Shown here: piece by piece, positions 1 through 8,499 of the stretch
Numbering within the stretch: position 1 is the stretch's first letter
Layout of the letters: every line of letters starts with the position of its first letter
Virus record (IMG/VR): IMGVR_UViG_3300025502_000135
Span: 1 to 25,577 of that record
Reading direction: 5' to 3' (one strand)
Source of the DNA: a virus
Lineage: Duplodnaviria > Caudoviricetes
Length of the DNA stretch: 25,577 nt
Program-made: the position numbers and the translations under genes
Notes under the pieces: generated by a model
Seen by the model: only the letters and a program-made list of their open reading frames with translations
What the model was told of the DNA's origin: nothing
Databases searched by the model: none

Positions 1-2
1 AT

Positions 3-170
3 GTCGCTCAGAATGCGCAGAAACTTGGAAAGTTAGCACTAGGTCAAGCACAGGAAATATCAAAGGTATCAGCCGATGTCAGCAACCCCGAAGCCTTCAA
101 TAAAGTTATGGAACAACTTGACGAGCTTGCGAACGCAAGGACACAGGGCAGCAGCAAATCACTACATTGA
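3..170 (+). CDS. 3' end of an upstream gene, probably terminase small subunit (partial, 5' end off-window)
   Basis: Frame 3 is open from the window start to TGA 168-170: VAQNAQKLGKLALGQAQEISKVSADVSNPEAFNKVMEQLDELANARTQGSSKSLH*; helical character and position directly upstream of and overlapping terL. Confidence 0.6.
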   Translation, partial: VAQNAQKLGKLALGQAQEISKVSADVSNPEAFNKVMEQLDELANARTQGSSKSLH

Positions 171-1401
171 GTGGTTGGATACCGCTAGAGCAAAGCAGGT
201 AACTCCAGCAGGCAATTGGGGTATATGGTTAATATTAGCAGGCAGGGGGTTTGGTAAGACTCGGACGGGCGCAGAGGACACGATTCTTTACGCTCTGCGC
301 AATCCCAACGTAAGGGTGGCTGTTGTTATGCCGACTTACTCAGAATTGATAAGGGTGGCATTTAAAGGCGTGTCAGGCATTTTGCCATTGCTTCCAAAGG
401 AATGCCTGCTGAAAGGCAGGGGCCAAGGTTATAACGAGCAAGCGAAAGAGATACGCCTATTCAATGGGTCCATCATACAAGGCTTTACAGCGGTGGAGCC
501 TGAAAGTTTACGTGGTCCCCAGTTCCATAGGGCCTGGTGTGATGAATTGGCGGCATGGAGATACCCTGAAACCTTTGACCAATTGATGTTTGCCCTTCGC
601 TTGGGGGATGATCCGAAGTGCATTATCACCACGACGCCCAAGCCCACCCCCATTATAAAAATGCTATTAAGCCGTGAAGATGTGCTTGTCACGACAGGTA
701 GTACATTTGAGAACGAGGCCAACCTAGCCCCATCAGCATTAAAAATGTGGAAGGAAAGATATGACGGTACCACGATGGGCAGGCAGGAGCTTTATGCTGA
801 GGTGCTGGATAACATAGAGGGCGCTCTGTGGAATTCTAAACTTATTGATGCAACCAGGCTGCCTAAAATCACCCCAACTAGACTACTGGTAGACACTAAG
901 ATAGTATTCGTTAAAATCATTGTTGCGCTTGACCCGGCAGTGACATCTAACCCCGATTCTGATGAAACAGGCATTGTAGTGGTAGGAAAAGACGCTCAGA
1001 ACAAGTATTATCTGTTAGATGATAGATCAGGAGTCTATAGCCCCGCTGAATGGGGAAAGGTGGCAGTGGAGCTATTTTACCTATGGCAAGCCAATTATAT
1101 CGTCGCTGAGGTCAATAATGGCGGTGATCTTGTTGAGAGCCTTATCCGGGGCATTGACAGTAGTGTGGGGTATAGATCGGTTCATGCTAGCAGGGGTAAG
1201 ATGTTGAGAGCAGAACCCATATCCGCATTGTATGAACAGGGTAAAGTCCACCATATGGGGGTTTATCCAGAGCTAGAAAGCCAGATGTGCACCTATACAG
1301 GTGATAGACCGAAACCATCCCCCGATAGACTAGATGCGCTAGTTTGGGGATTAACTGAATTAAGCAAGTCTCGCGGAGATGTAGCTTGGAGGGTGTCATA
1401 A
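76..1401 (+). CDS. terL: Phage terminase large subunit
   Basis: Walker A AGRGFGKT, Walker B RAWCDE, motif III ITTTPKP, RNase H-like nuclease ALDPA...DETGIVVVG and C-terminal PDRLDALVW; exact start uncertain. Confidence 0.97.
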   Translation: MSATPKPSIKLWNNLTSLRTQGHRAAANHYIEWLDTARAKQVTPAGNWGIWLILAGRGFGKTRTGAEDTILYALRNPNVRVAVVMPTYSELIRVAFKGVSGILPLLPKECLLKGRGQGYNEQAKEIRLFNGSIIQGFTAVEPESLRGPQFHRAWCDELAAWRYPETFDQLMFALRLGDDPKCIITTTPKPTPIIKMLLSREDVLVTTGSTFENEANLAPSALKMWKERYDGTTMGRQELYAEVLDNIEGALWNSKLIDATRLPKITPTRLLVDTKIVFVKIIVALDPAVTSNPDSDETGIVVVGKDAQNKYYLLDDRSGVYSPAEWGKVAVELFYLWQANYIVAEVNNGGDLVESLIRGIDSSVGYRSVHASRGKMLRAEPISALYEQGKVHHMGVYPELESQMCTYTGDRPKPSPDRLDALVWGLTELSKSRGDVAWRVS

Positions 1402-2733
1402 GTGGCCATATTTGATAGATTTAGGAAAAACCGAGCAAGTGCAGTAGGCAAAAAGAATTCGTCAATCGTGGGTTATTTCGGGGCTGGCTCAGGTGCCGCT
1501 AAGACTTACTCCTATCAGGCGCTGGCATCCGAGGGCTATATGCAGAACGCCATCGTGTATCGGTGCGTTAATGAGATTGCCAAGGGTGCATCAGGGGTGC
1601 CTTTCAAGATATGCGACAAAGACGGCAATGAAATAGAGAACCATCCAGCCGTTGCCTTATTGAATAGGCCAAATCCATTACAAAGCTATTCCGAATACAT
1701 GAACGCTCTGTTTGGCTACCTGCTCTTGTCTGGCAATAACTATATGCTGGGGGCCGAGGGGCAGGGCCTTAATCGGGGGCCAAACGAATTGTATCTATTG
1801 CGGCCTGACCGTATGAGCATTAAAACGGGGAAGGGAACCATCCCCAAGGGATACGAGTATAAGATCAACGGCAAAGTTGAGGCTTTTTATCCAGTGGACG
1901 AGATAACAGGCTCTAGTGAAGTAAAGCATATTAAGCTATGGAACCCGCTTGACGACTTTTACGGTTTGTCACCATTGAGCGCCGCCGCAGTGGAAGTGGA
2001 CCAGCACAACCTATCCAGTAGGCACAACATCAACCTATTGAATAATGGCGCTAGGCCATCAGGTGCGATTATATTCAAGCCCAAGGATGATCAGGGGTTT
2101 GCGGTTAATCTCACTGACGCGCAAAGAGCCCAGCTAATGACGGACATCAGCAATCGCTTTTCTGGGGTGGATAATGCGGGGCGACCCATGCTACTTGAGG
2201 GTGATTTTGATTGGAAAGAGATGGGCTTGTCACCCAAGGATATGGACTTTATTAACATGAAACACCAAAGTGCCACCGATATTGCGATGTGCTTCGGAGT
2301 GCCTAGTCAATTAGTGGGGGTGCCTGACGCTCAAACTTACGCTAACGTGGCAGAGGCTCGTTTGGCACTCTATGAAGAAACCATTATCCCGATGTTGATC
2401 AAGGTGCAGTCAGATATTAATGAATGGCTGATGCCTCAATTTGGTGAGGGTGCTTACTTTAAATTTGATACTGATGAAATACCTGCCCTATCTGAACGTA
2501 GAAAGCGGATATATGAGAATGTTATTGGTGCGGTGGATAAGGGCATTATGACTAGGAACGAGGCCAGAAAGTTGCTCGGTCTAAACAAAATTGATGGGGC
2601 GGATGGCTTGATGGTTAATGCCAGCCTATTCTCGCTGAATGAAGGGCTCCCCGATGATGCTGTAGTCACGGACGATGGTAAGGATTTCAGCGTGTACGAT
2701 GATGAGGGTATCCCAGACTCTAAAAAGGGGTAA
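1402..2733 (+). CDS. Phage portal protein, HK97 family
   Basis: VYRCVNEIA, LLNRPNPLQS, LLSGNNY, YGLSPL, NGARPSGA, DMDF, FGVPSQLVG, YANVAEA, GIMTRNEAR motifs; directly follows terL. Confidence 0.97.
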   Translation: MAIFDRFRKNRASAVGKKNSSIVGYFGAGSGAAKTYSYQALASEGYMQNAIVYRCVNEIAKGASGVPFKICDKDGNEIENHPAVALLNRPNPLQSYSEYMNALFGYLLLSGNNYMLGAEGQGLNRGPNELYLLRPDRMSIKTGKGTIPKGYEYKINGKVEAFYPVDEITGSSEVKHIKLWNPLDDFYGLSPLSAAAVEVDQHNLSSRHNINLLNNGARPSGAIIFKPKDDQGFAVNLTDAQRAQLMTDISNRFSGVDNAGRPMLLEGDFDWKEMGLSPKDMDFINMKHQSATDIAMCFGVPSQLVGVPDAQTYANVAEARLALYEETIIPMLIKVQSDINEWLMPQFGEGAYFKFDTDEIPALSERRKRIYENVIGAVDKGIMTRNEARKLLGLNKIDGADGLMVNASLFSLNEGLPDDAVVTDDGKDFSVYDDEGIPDSKKG

Positions 2734-2735
2734 TC

Positions 2736-3602
2736 GTGGCAAAGCGTCAAGGGGCAAATGAGTTATTCGGTTTTAGGCAGGGCGCTATCAATGCGAGGCG
2801 TTACGCTGTCCAACAAGCCAGAATGCGGGACAACCTCAGCAGGGGGTTCCAGAAGCGCGTAGAGACCAGTTTCAATAAGACAGTCAATATTGTAGCCAAG
2901 CAGGTTGAGGACGGTGAAGATGTTGACGGGTCCCTTTTGGTTAGAGATGTGGAGGTGGAGGTCACAGCTGTCATTAGGGCGCAACTAAACCGCGTATTTA
3001 AAACCATCTATGATTACAACTACCAAGCCTATCAGGTCATATCAGCCAAAGCGGATGAAGGTGATGCTTTCTTTTTCGGTAGGTCATTAGCTTTTGAGCA
3101 AGCCGTCGCGCTGTACTTTGTGAATAGAGATAGTTTCATCACCAGCATTTCACGCACACAGGGCTTGCTAATATTGGCATCTATAGAGCGGTTACGCTTG
3201 GGTGATGGTACTTTGGCACAAATCGCCATTGATCTTAAAAAGACATTCAGGCCCATTAACCGGGGTCGGGCTGCTTTAATCGCCAGGACAGAGACCCATA
3301 GTGCAGCAGGGTTTGCCCATCAAAGTTATCACAAAGAGGTCAGTGACAGTTATGGTGTGGCAATGGTAAAGCAATGGGTGGCAACTGGAGATGGTAGAAC
3401 CAGGCTGTCGCATTCAAGCGCAAACGGCCAGCAGGTATCAATGGATGAGGACTTCATTATTGGTGGCAGACCAATGGCCTATTCTGGCGACCCGAGGGGG
3501 GGTGCTATCAATGTGTGCAATTGCCGATGTGTCGTGATATACACCGATACAAGGGATGATGTTCAAGATGATTTTGACCCAGATGATTATGAGGATATTT
3601 GA
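2736..3602 (+). CDS. Phage head morphogenesis / minor capsid protein (Mu gpF / SPP1 gp7 family)
   Basis: RAALIARTETH, KQWVATGDGRTRLSH, GDPRGGA, NCRC motifs; follows portal. Confidence 0.93.
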   Translation: MAKRQGANELFGFRQGAINARRYAVQQARMRDNLSRGFQKRVETSFNKTVNIVAKQVEDGEDVDGSLLVRDVEVEVTAVIRAQLNRVFKTIYDYNYQAYQVISAKADEGDAFFFGRSLAFEQAVALYFVNRDSFITSISRTQGLLILASIERLRLGDGTLAQIAIDLKKTFRPINRGRAALIARTETHSAAGFAHQSYHKEVSDSYGVAMVKQWVATGDGRTRLSHSSANGQQVSMDEDFIIGGRPMAYSGDPRGGAINVCNCRCVVIYTDTRDDVQDDFDPDDYEDI

Positions 3603-3605
3603 GCC

Positions 3606-3631
3606 AAAAAAAAGCACCTAGTTTCAGGGGC
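3606..3631 (-). terminator. Putative intrinsic terminator for the leftward gene island
   Basis: Minus strand GCCCCT-gaaact-AGGTGC (6-bp stem, one mismatch) followed by T8; lies between convergent genes. Confidence 0.5.
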
Positions 3632-3679
3632 AAAGGGGTATTGCGGGGAGAACTGGATTGATGCGCTAGCTTACTACGC

Positions 3680-3832
3680 TTATGAATTCAACCATTCATC
3701 ATAGGTTTTAACTGGGTTCCCAGCAATATCATTCCCATCGCTATCAACTGAGCTTAGGTAAATCTGATACTCCTGGTCATTAGTCCCTCGCGCTTGCGTT
3801 TGCCAATCTTGATTATATTGCAGATCACTCAC
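3680..3832 (-). CDS. Small acidic hypothetical phage protein (~50 aa)
   Basis: ORF track 3680..3868; preferred GTG at 3832 has GGGAG upstream and overlaps the stop of the preceding micro-ORF; ends KTYDEWLNS. Confidence 0.65.
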   Translation of the reverse strand: MSDLQYNQDWQTQARGTNDQEYQIYLSSVDSDGNDIAGNPVKTYDEWLNS

Positions 3833-3920
3833 ATCGGTTCTCCCAGTCGACTTTCTGTTCCCAAGCACAAGCTCCTTTTGCGTCTATGCCGTATATGAAA
3901 AACCGTATTTCTTTTTTCAC
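3825..3920 (-). CDS. 31-aa micro-ORF MKKEIRFFIYGIDAKGACAWEQKVDWENRCE (not in ORF track)
   Basis: TAAGGAG Shine-Dalgarno 7 nt upstream of GTG 3920; stop overlaps the next GTG (GTGAGTGA); fills the gap in the operon. Confidence 0.55.
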   Translation of the reverse strand: MKKEIRFFIYGIDAKGACAWEQKVDWENRCE

Positions 3921-3931
3921 GATGTTACTCC

Positions 3932-4171
3932 TTATCTCTTATAATAGTCTAGCCTTGCCTCTGCCTGGTTGTTTTCGTCAAACTTCACCCCCAACGCACG
4001 AGTATTAGTTAAATATGCGACTGCGTCATAGTCACCCTCTGGCCGCAAAAAATCTTGAACGGTATCACTTGTTATAAAGTCATCTATTTCATACCCGGTT
4101 CCATCTTCTTCACAGTAGAGAACGCCGCCGTTTAATATTACGTCCTTAGTCCAGTATATTGTAGATTGCAT
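3932..4171 (-). CDS. Hypothetical phage protein (79 aa)
   Basis: ATG 4171 preceded by AAGGAG (4179-4184), in frame with track ORF 3932..4204. Confidence 0.75.
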   Translation of the reverse strand: MQSTIYWTKDVILNGGVLYCEEDGTGYEIDDFITSDTVQDFLRPEGDYDAVAYLTNTRALGVKFDENNQAEARLDYYKR

Positions 4172-4236
4172 GATGCTGCTCCTTATCTGCCATGGTACTG
4201 CCACCAGACAGCATTACATTTAGCGTGTACAGCGCC

Positions 4237-4632
4237 CTAGTAATACTCAGATAAATCTTCCGTTGCTTTAGCATGGTTAAAGACTGCGAAAATCTCATCA
4301 CGGGTCACTGGGTATTCAGACAAAGCGTCGACGCAATCGGAAACATCGCCAGTATAAAAGCATTCATAGTTAGCCAGTTCACGACGAATAATCTTAACCA
4401 TTCCATTCTCTCTGATATCGGTTGCTATGCCGTCATTTGTGATAGCCTCTAAACCTGATAGTAAGCGATCAACATTAGCCTTGGGTACAATCATTCCAGA
4501 CCCCAAACTAACATACTTAACCCCGTCTTTTATGTTCTTTTTAAGTTGTTCTCCGGAAAATGCAAAGAAGGCTCCTGTCTCCGCAAAAAGGGCGCTTTGC
4601 TTATCGTGGGTGTAGCTACTTAAAGTTTCCAT
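4237..4632 (-). CDS. Conserved-looking phage hypothetical protein (GAFFAFS..Q / RELANYEC.YTGD type; possibly DUF7659-like)
   Basis: 131-aa ORF with GGAG RBS; motif pattern recalled from other phage early proteins, family name uncertain. Confidence 0.8.
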   Translation of the reverse strand: METLSSYTHDKQSALFAETGAFFAFSGEQLKKNIKDGVKYVSLGSGMIVPKANVDRLLSGLEAITNDGIATDIRENGMVKIIRRELANYECFYTGDVSDCVDALSEYPVTRDEIFAVFNHAKATEDLSEYY

Positions 4633-4669
4633 GATATTACTCCGTAGTTTAATTGGTTTAATAAAGCGA

Positions 4670-4906
4670 CTATGATAATTGCGCGTCTCTGTACATCGGC
4701 TCAGCCATGCATCTGGTGGCTTGTGCGTAGCTGCTGGTCTCTATGCCGTAAACCTCGGCCAATTCTATGACTGCTTTGAATTCGCTTGCAGCCCAATAGA
4801 TGCGATTGCCAACCTCAGGCTCATCTCCGCACATAATGTCAGCGGCTAAGATGGTGTTGATTAGCCTGGCGATATCATGCGTTGTGTCTGGGTGTAGTTT
4901 AATCAT
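4670..4906 (-). CDS. Hypothetical phage protein (78 aa)
   Basis: AAGGAG RBS before ATG; ATGA overlap with upstream micro-ORF. Confidence 0.75.
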   Translation of the reverse strand: MIKLHPDTTHDIARLINTILAADIMCGDEPEVGNRIYWAASEFKAVIELAEVYGIETSSYAQATRCMAEPMYRDAQLS

Positions 4907-5010
4907 TTGTTGCTCCTTTTATCTCTGTAGGTGAAGACGTGATCAGCTATAAAACCGACCAGGCCAAATATTAAAAATGTTGCGCTAATTGTTACTGCTA
5001 GTAATTCCAT
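4903..5010 (-). CDS. 35-aa single-pass membrane micro-protein MELLAVTISATFLIFGLVGFIADHVFTYRDKRSNK (not in ORF track)
   Basis: TAATG overlap with upstream stop, GAGG RBS, ATGA overlap downstream; ~20-aa hydrophobic stretch then basic tail. Confidence 0.7.
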   Translation of the reverse strand: MELLAVTISATFLIFGLVGFIADHVFTYRDKRSNK

Positions 5011-5216
5011 TATTTAAACCCCTCATAAAAACAATTATTAACAAACCGATGACGCTGATCTAACATAAACTCTTTCTCATCGGTGTAAGTGAATCGGTTA
5101 AAATCAATGGTATAAAGGTTATAGGTATCAACTTCACTGTCACACAACACCCTATTTGTATAAGGGCTGATCAGATCGCCATAACTGGTCATCGGTTGCT
5201 GCCTTGAATCTATCAT
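5010..5216 (-). CDS. Hypothetical phage protein (68 aa), first gene of the leftward island
   Basis: GAGG RBS upstream of ATG 5216, just downstream of the sigma70-like promoter. Confidence 0.75.
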   Translation of the reverse strand: MIDSRQQPMTSYGDLISPYTNRVLCDSEVDTYNLYTIDFNRFTYTDEKEFMLDQRHRFVNNCFYEGFK

Positions 5217-5259
5217 TTTGTTGCCTCGCTGCTACCTGGTTTATTAGCTATTAATGTTT

Positions 5260-5288
5260 ACAATACAACACAAATGCGATTGGTGCAA
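5260..5288 (-). promoter_or_regulatory. sigma70-like promoter for the leftward island
   Basis: Minus strand TTGCAC-17 nt-TATTGT, about 45 nt upstream of ATG 5216. Confidence 0.6.
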
Positions 5289-5344
5289 GCCCACTATGTA
5301 CTAATTATGAAAGTAATTGGTGGGGTGTCCTTATAAAATAGTTG

Positions 5345-5353
5345 TGATACCAT
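5345..5353 (+). promoter_or_regulatory. Possible extended -10 promoter (TGaTACCAT) for protease/capsid genes
   Basis: TGnTAnnnT in the divergent intergenic gap; similar TGATAC(C/T)AT at 13733-13741; -35 is poor. Confidence 0.35.
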
Positions 5354-5426
5354 AGGTCTGGAGGTAAAGTGTCTCAATGCAGATGCATGTTTCCATAGCG
5401 ATCATATGATTGCAAACCTATAACCG

Positions 5427-6245
5427 ATGGAACAGTGTATGCATATAGAAGCGCGGAAAGACGGTAAGCCATTTGATCTACAATATTACGTTGATGCTAT
5501 TAACGCTCAGTTAGTGATTGATGGAACTAAAGAAGCCCTATTGCTTGAAGCCCTTGTAGAGTCAGAAGAGTCGCATGAAGTTCATGTGGACATTAAGGCT
5601 GAGATCAAAGCAGTCGGCGAAGATGATGAAGATTACGGCACCTTTGAAGGGTACGGCTCTATCTTTGGGAATACCGACCTAGGCAATGATATAGTCGCAC
5701 ACGGGGCATTCACCAAAAGCCTAGCCAAGTCAGGCGTATCAGGCGTTAAACTCCTTTATCAGCACAGGTCAGACAAACCCATTGGCGTTTATGAGTCTAT
5801 TGAGGAAGATGCCAAAGGATTGAAGGTGCGCGGCAGACTAGCCATGAAAACTCAAGCTGGTCGTGAGACATACGAATTATTGAAGATGGGCGCTCTTGAC
5901 GGGCTCTCTATCGGATTCAGAACAAGCCCTAAGGGGCTAGCCTACGATCCTAAGACTCAAGCTAGGATTATTAAGGAAGCAGAATTGATGGAAATATCTG
6001 TTGTCACTTTCCCCATGAACCCAAAGGCTAAGGTTCAGGCGGTAAAGGGTCAAGAGCTATCTATCAGGGAATGGGAGAACGGACTGCGTGATGCTTTCCT
6101 TTTGTCTCGTTCAGAAGCAAAGATGGCCGCTAAAGCGGTACAGGATGCTTTTGCACAGCGCGACGCTGAGGCAGAGATGCAACCTGATGTTGATGCCGTC
6201 AAACAACTAACCCATAAAATCAAAACCCTGTTAGGAGAAATCTAA
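5427..6245 (+). CDS. HK97-family prohead maturation protease (peptidase S78)
   Basis: FEGYGSIFG..D...DIV..GAF, LLYQH (catalytic His), GLSIGF (catalytic Ser), EISVVTFPMN; start uncertain. Confidence 0.96.
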   Translation: MEQCMHIEARKDGKPFDLQYYVDAINAQLVIDGTKEALLLEALVESEESHEVHVDIKAEIKAVGEDDEDYGTFEGYGSIFGNTDLGNDIVAHGAFTKSLAKSGVSGVKLLYQHRSDKPIGVYESIEEDAKGLKVRGRLAMKTQAGRETYELLKMGALDGLSIGFRTSPKGLAYDPKTQARIIKEAELMEISVVTFPMNPKAKVQAVKGQELSIREWENGLRDAFLLSRSEAKMAAKAVQDAFAQRDAEAEMQPDVDAVKQLTHKIKTLLGEI

Positions 6246-7459
6246 TGAGTGAAGATGTCAAAACCCTAGTATCTGATATGGGAGCGGCTTTTGAAGAATT
6301 TAAGAAAAGCTATGACCAGAAGTTGGATAACTTGGAAAAAGGTGTCCAAGACACCACACTGGACGGCAAAATCGCCGACCTTGAAAAGAAGCTAGATGGA
6401 TTTGAAGATATTAGTAAGCGAATCACTGCTAGCGCAACTACCCAAGATCAAATCAAAGAGCAAATAGACCGCATGGAAACTGTTATGCGCCGCCCCAACT
6501 CTGGTTTTGATTCTCAGCAAATTGATAGCGGCTTAAAAGCGTTTGACTCTTGGTGTCGTAAAGGCATGGAAGGTCTTAGCGCCGATGAGCGTAAAGCGTT
6601 AACTGTATCTAACGATACAACTGGCGGTTATCTTGCTCCCCCTGAGTATGTACGAGAGCTGATTAAGGGTATCACCGAAATATCACCCATTCGTAGTATT
6701 TCCCGAGTACGTCAGACTGGACAGCGTTCCATTCAGATTCCTAAGCGCACAGGTCAATTTGCCGCGCAGTGGACTTCCGAAACTGGCACTCGTACTGAAA
6801 CTACTGGATGGCAGGTTGGTTTAGAAGAGATTCCAGCGCATGAAATGTATGCACTGGTTGATATTTCTGAGCAGGACTTGGAAGATACGGTGTTTAACTT
6901 GGAAGCTGAGATGCAAGGTGAATTTACTGAGCAGTTTGCTTTAGCGGAAGGGACATCTTTTGTCTCTGGAAACGCTGTAGGCAAGCCAGAAGGTATTTTG
7001 ACTAACGCCTCTGTAGGTGAAACTAACTCTGGTTCTGCCGCATTGCTAACCGCTGATGGCCTGATTACTCTAGTCCACTCTATCAAAAGCAATTATGCTA
7101 AAAACGGCAATTTCATCTTGAACCGATCAACTCTTGGCGCTGTTCGTAAGCTAAAAGATGCGGCTGGTCAATATGTATTCCAAGCTGGCATGAGCCTTAC
7201 TGGTGGCATGGGTAACACCATCCTCGGTCACGGCTATGTAGAAGCAGTGGATATGCCTAACGTCGGGGCGAACAACTACCCTGTAGCGTTTGGTGACTTC
7301 CGTAGAGGCTACTTGATCGTTGATCGCATCGCTATGTCGGTACTTCGCGACCCATTCACCCAAGCAACGGTTGGTAACGTGCGTTATATCGCTCGTCGTC
7401 GCGTAGGTGGGCAGGTTATCCTTGCGGAAGCAATCGTAAAGCAGAAGTGTTCTGCATAA
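6245..7459 (+). CDS. Major capsid protein, HK97 family, with N-terminal coiled-coil delta domain
   Basis: Coiled-coil N-terminus, GGYLAPPE, GNAVGKPEGIL, VRKLKDAAGQY, FGDFRRGY.IVDR, RRVGG; AGGAG RBS. Confidence 0.98.
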   Translation: MSEDVKTLVSDMGAAFEEFKKSYDQKLDNLEKGVQDTTLDGKIADLEKKLDGFEDISKRITASATTQDQIKEQIDRMETVMRRPNSGFDSQQIDSGLKAFDSWCRKGMEGLSADERKALTVSNDTTGGYLAPPEYVRELIKGITEISPIRSISRVRQTGQRSIQIPKRTGQFAAQWTSETGTRTETTGWQVGLEEIPAHEMYALVDISEQDLEDTVFNLEAEMQGEFTEQFALAEGTSFVSGNAVGKPEGILTNASVGETNSGSAALLTADGLITLVHSIKSNYAKNGNFILNRSTLGAVRKLKDAAGQYVFQAGMSLTGGMGNTILGHGYVEAVDMPNVGANNYPVAFGDFRRGYLIVDRIAMSVLRDPFTQATVGNVRYIARRRVGGQVILAEAIVKQKCSA

Positions 7460-7473
7460 CTAGGAGATAAGTC

Positions 7474-7917
7474 ATGAGAGATTTAGGAAATAACTTGATT
7501 CAAGTTGCAAGTCTGCTACCCCAGCTTGCCTCTGGAAACGGTACTACCACCAACAGCACAGGTGTCAACCTTGTCGGATTTGAAGGGGCCTTAATGGTTC
7601 TTTCTGCTGGCGCAGAGGGCGACACCCTGTCTGGTAGCTTGAAATATGCCATCAAGCTACAGCACAGCACGGATGATTCAACGTACACCGATGTTGCTCA
7701 ATCAGATGTCACTGACGCCACTTTAGCATCTGGCGTTTGGTTAACTCTGGATGCGGCGGCTGATGTGAGTCAATCTTATGCTATCGGCTACATTGGTGGA
7801 AACCAATATGTTCGGGTAGAAATTGTCCGAACAGGAAACCACGCGACAGGGACTCCGTTAAGCGCAGTAGTGCTTAAAGGCTATCCTCATCATGCTGGTG
7901 GCGCGAGTAGCAATTAA
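7474..7917 (+). CDS. Putative capsid decoration/cement protein
   Basis: 147 aa, beta-rich (GVNLVGFEG, LQHS.D..TYTDV, YIGGNQYVR), strong AGGAG RBS immediately after MCP. Confidence 0.65.
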   Translation: MRDLGNNLIQVASLLPQLASGNGTTTNSTGVNLVGFEGALMVLSAGAEGDTLSGSLKYAIKLQHSTDDSTYTDVAQSDVTDATLASGVWLTLDAAADVSQSYAIGYIGGNQYVRVEIVRTGNHATGTPLSAVVLKGYPHHAGGASSN

Positions 7918-7941
7918 TATCGCGTAAATTGTAACGAGAGA

Positions 7942-7976
7942 GAGGGGGGGTGGTTTCTCCCCTTGCACCCTCCCTC
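7942..7976 (+). terminator. GC-rich hairpin after the capsid genes (terminator/attenuator or mRNA stabiliser)
   Basis: GAGGGGGGGTG...CACCCTCCCTC 11-bp stem with one G-U pair and a 13-nt loop; weak U tail (aatcttt). Confidence 0.55.
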
Positions 7977-7996
7977 AATCTTTACAGGGCTTTATT

Positions 7997-8317
7997 ATGA
8001 ACAAGCAATATAAGATTGTTATACCCAAGGCAGGACAAGAAAGCGAAGTTGGTGGGCTCAAGTTGTATGAGCTTGGAACCGTCGTAGTCGCTGACCAGAA
8101 ATGGAAGCAAGATTTAATGGCATCATTTGTTGATAGCGGATGGGCTATGGAAGTGAAGATGCAAGACACCTCAAATATGGAAAGAGCTAGAGGTGATAGC
8201 GGTCACTTTGTCGCTGACGACCCAGCTACTCCAGAGGTCAATGAGGCTTTTGTAGAGAAGAAGGTTGCACCTAAGAAAAAAGCCGCGCCCAGAAAGAAAG
8301 CCGCCCCAAAAAAGTAA
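7997..8317 (+). CDS. Hypothetical protein with Lys/Ala/Pro-rich C-terminal tail
   Basis: RARGDSGHFVADDPATPEVNEAF motif followed by KKVAPKKKAAPRKKAAPKK. Confidence 0.8.
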   Translation: MNKQYKIVIPKAGQESEVGGLKLYELGTVVVADQKWKQDLMASFVDSGWAMEVKMQDTSNMERARGDSGHFVADDPATPEVNEAFVEKKVAPKKKAAPRKKAAPKK

Positions 8318-8334
8318 ACAGGAGTTTATGAGCA

Positions 8335-8496
8335 ATGGCGTATCTATTAGATATATATGTTTTAGCAACATCTTTGATTACGGTTGCCTCGGTAATCTGC
8401 AATTACACTGACACCCCTAAAGATGATGAGTGGGTCGCTAAGGCTTATAAATTGATGGAACAATTTGCTTTCCTAGGTAACAAGGCAAAGCAGTAA
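8335..8496 (+). CDS. 53-aa holin-like small membrane protein (not in ORF track)
   Basis: MAYLLDIYVLATSLITVASVICNYTDTPKDDEWVAKAYKLMEQFAFLGNKAKQ*: TM helix, T.TPKDD motif, amphipathic helix, basic tail; AGGAG at 8320-8324. Confidence 0.7.
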   Translation: MAYLLDIYVLATSLITVASVICNYTDTPKDDEWVAKAYKLMEQFAFLGNKAKQ

Positions 8497-8499
8497 TCC

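Noticed and set aside
5217-5426. tRNA/ncRNA or repressor-operator switch in the divergent intergenic region
   Set aside because: No cloverleaf, no clear repeated inverted operators, and no HTH regulator among the flanking ORFs
8328-8411. Alternative ORF from ATG 8328
   Set aside because: SD spacing only 3 nt and a short featureless product; the 8335 frame gives a recognisable membrane protein that abuts the next gene
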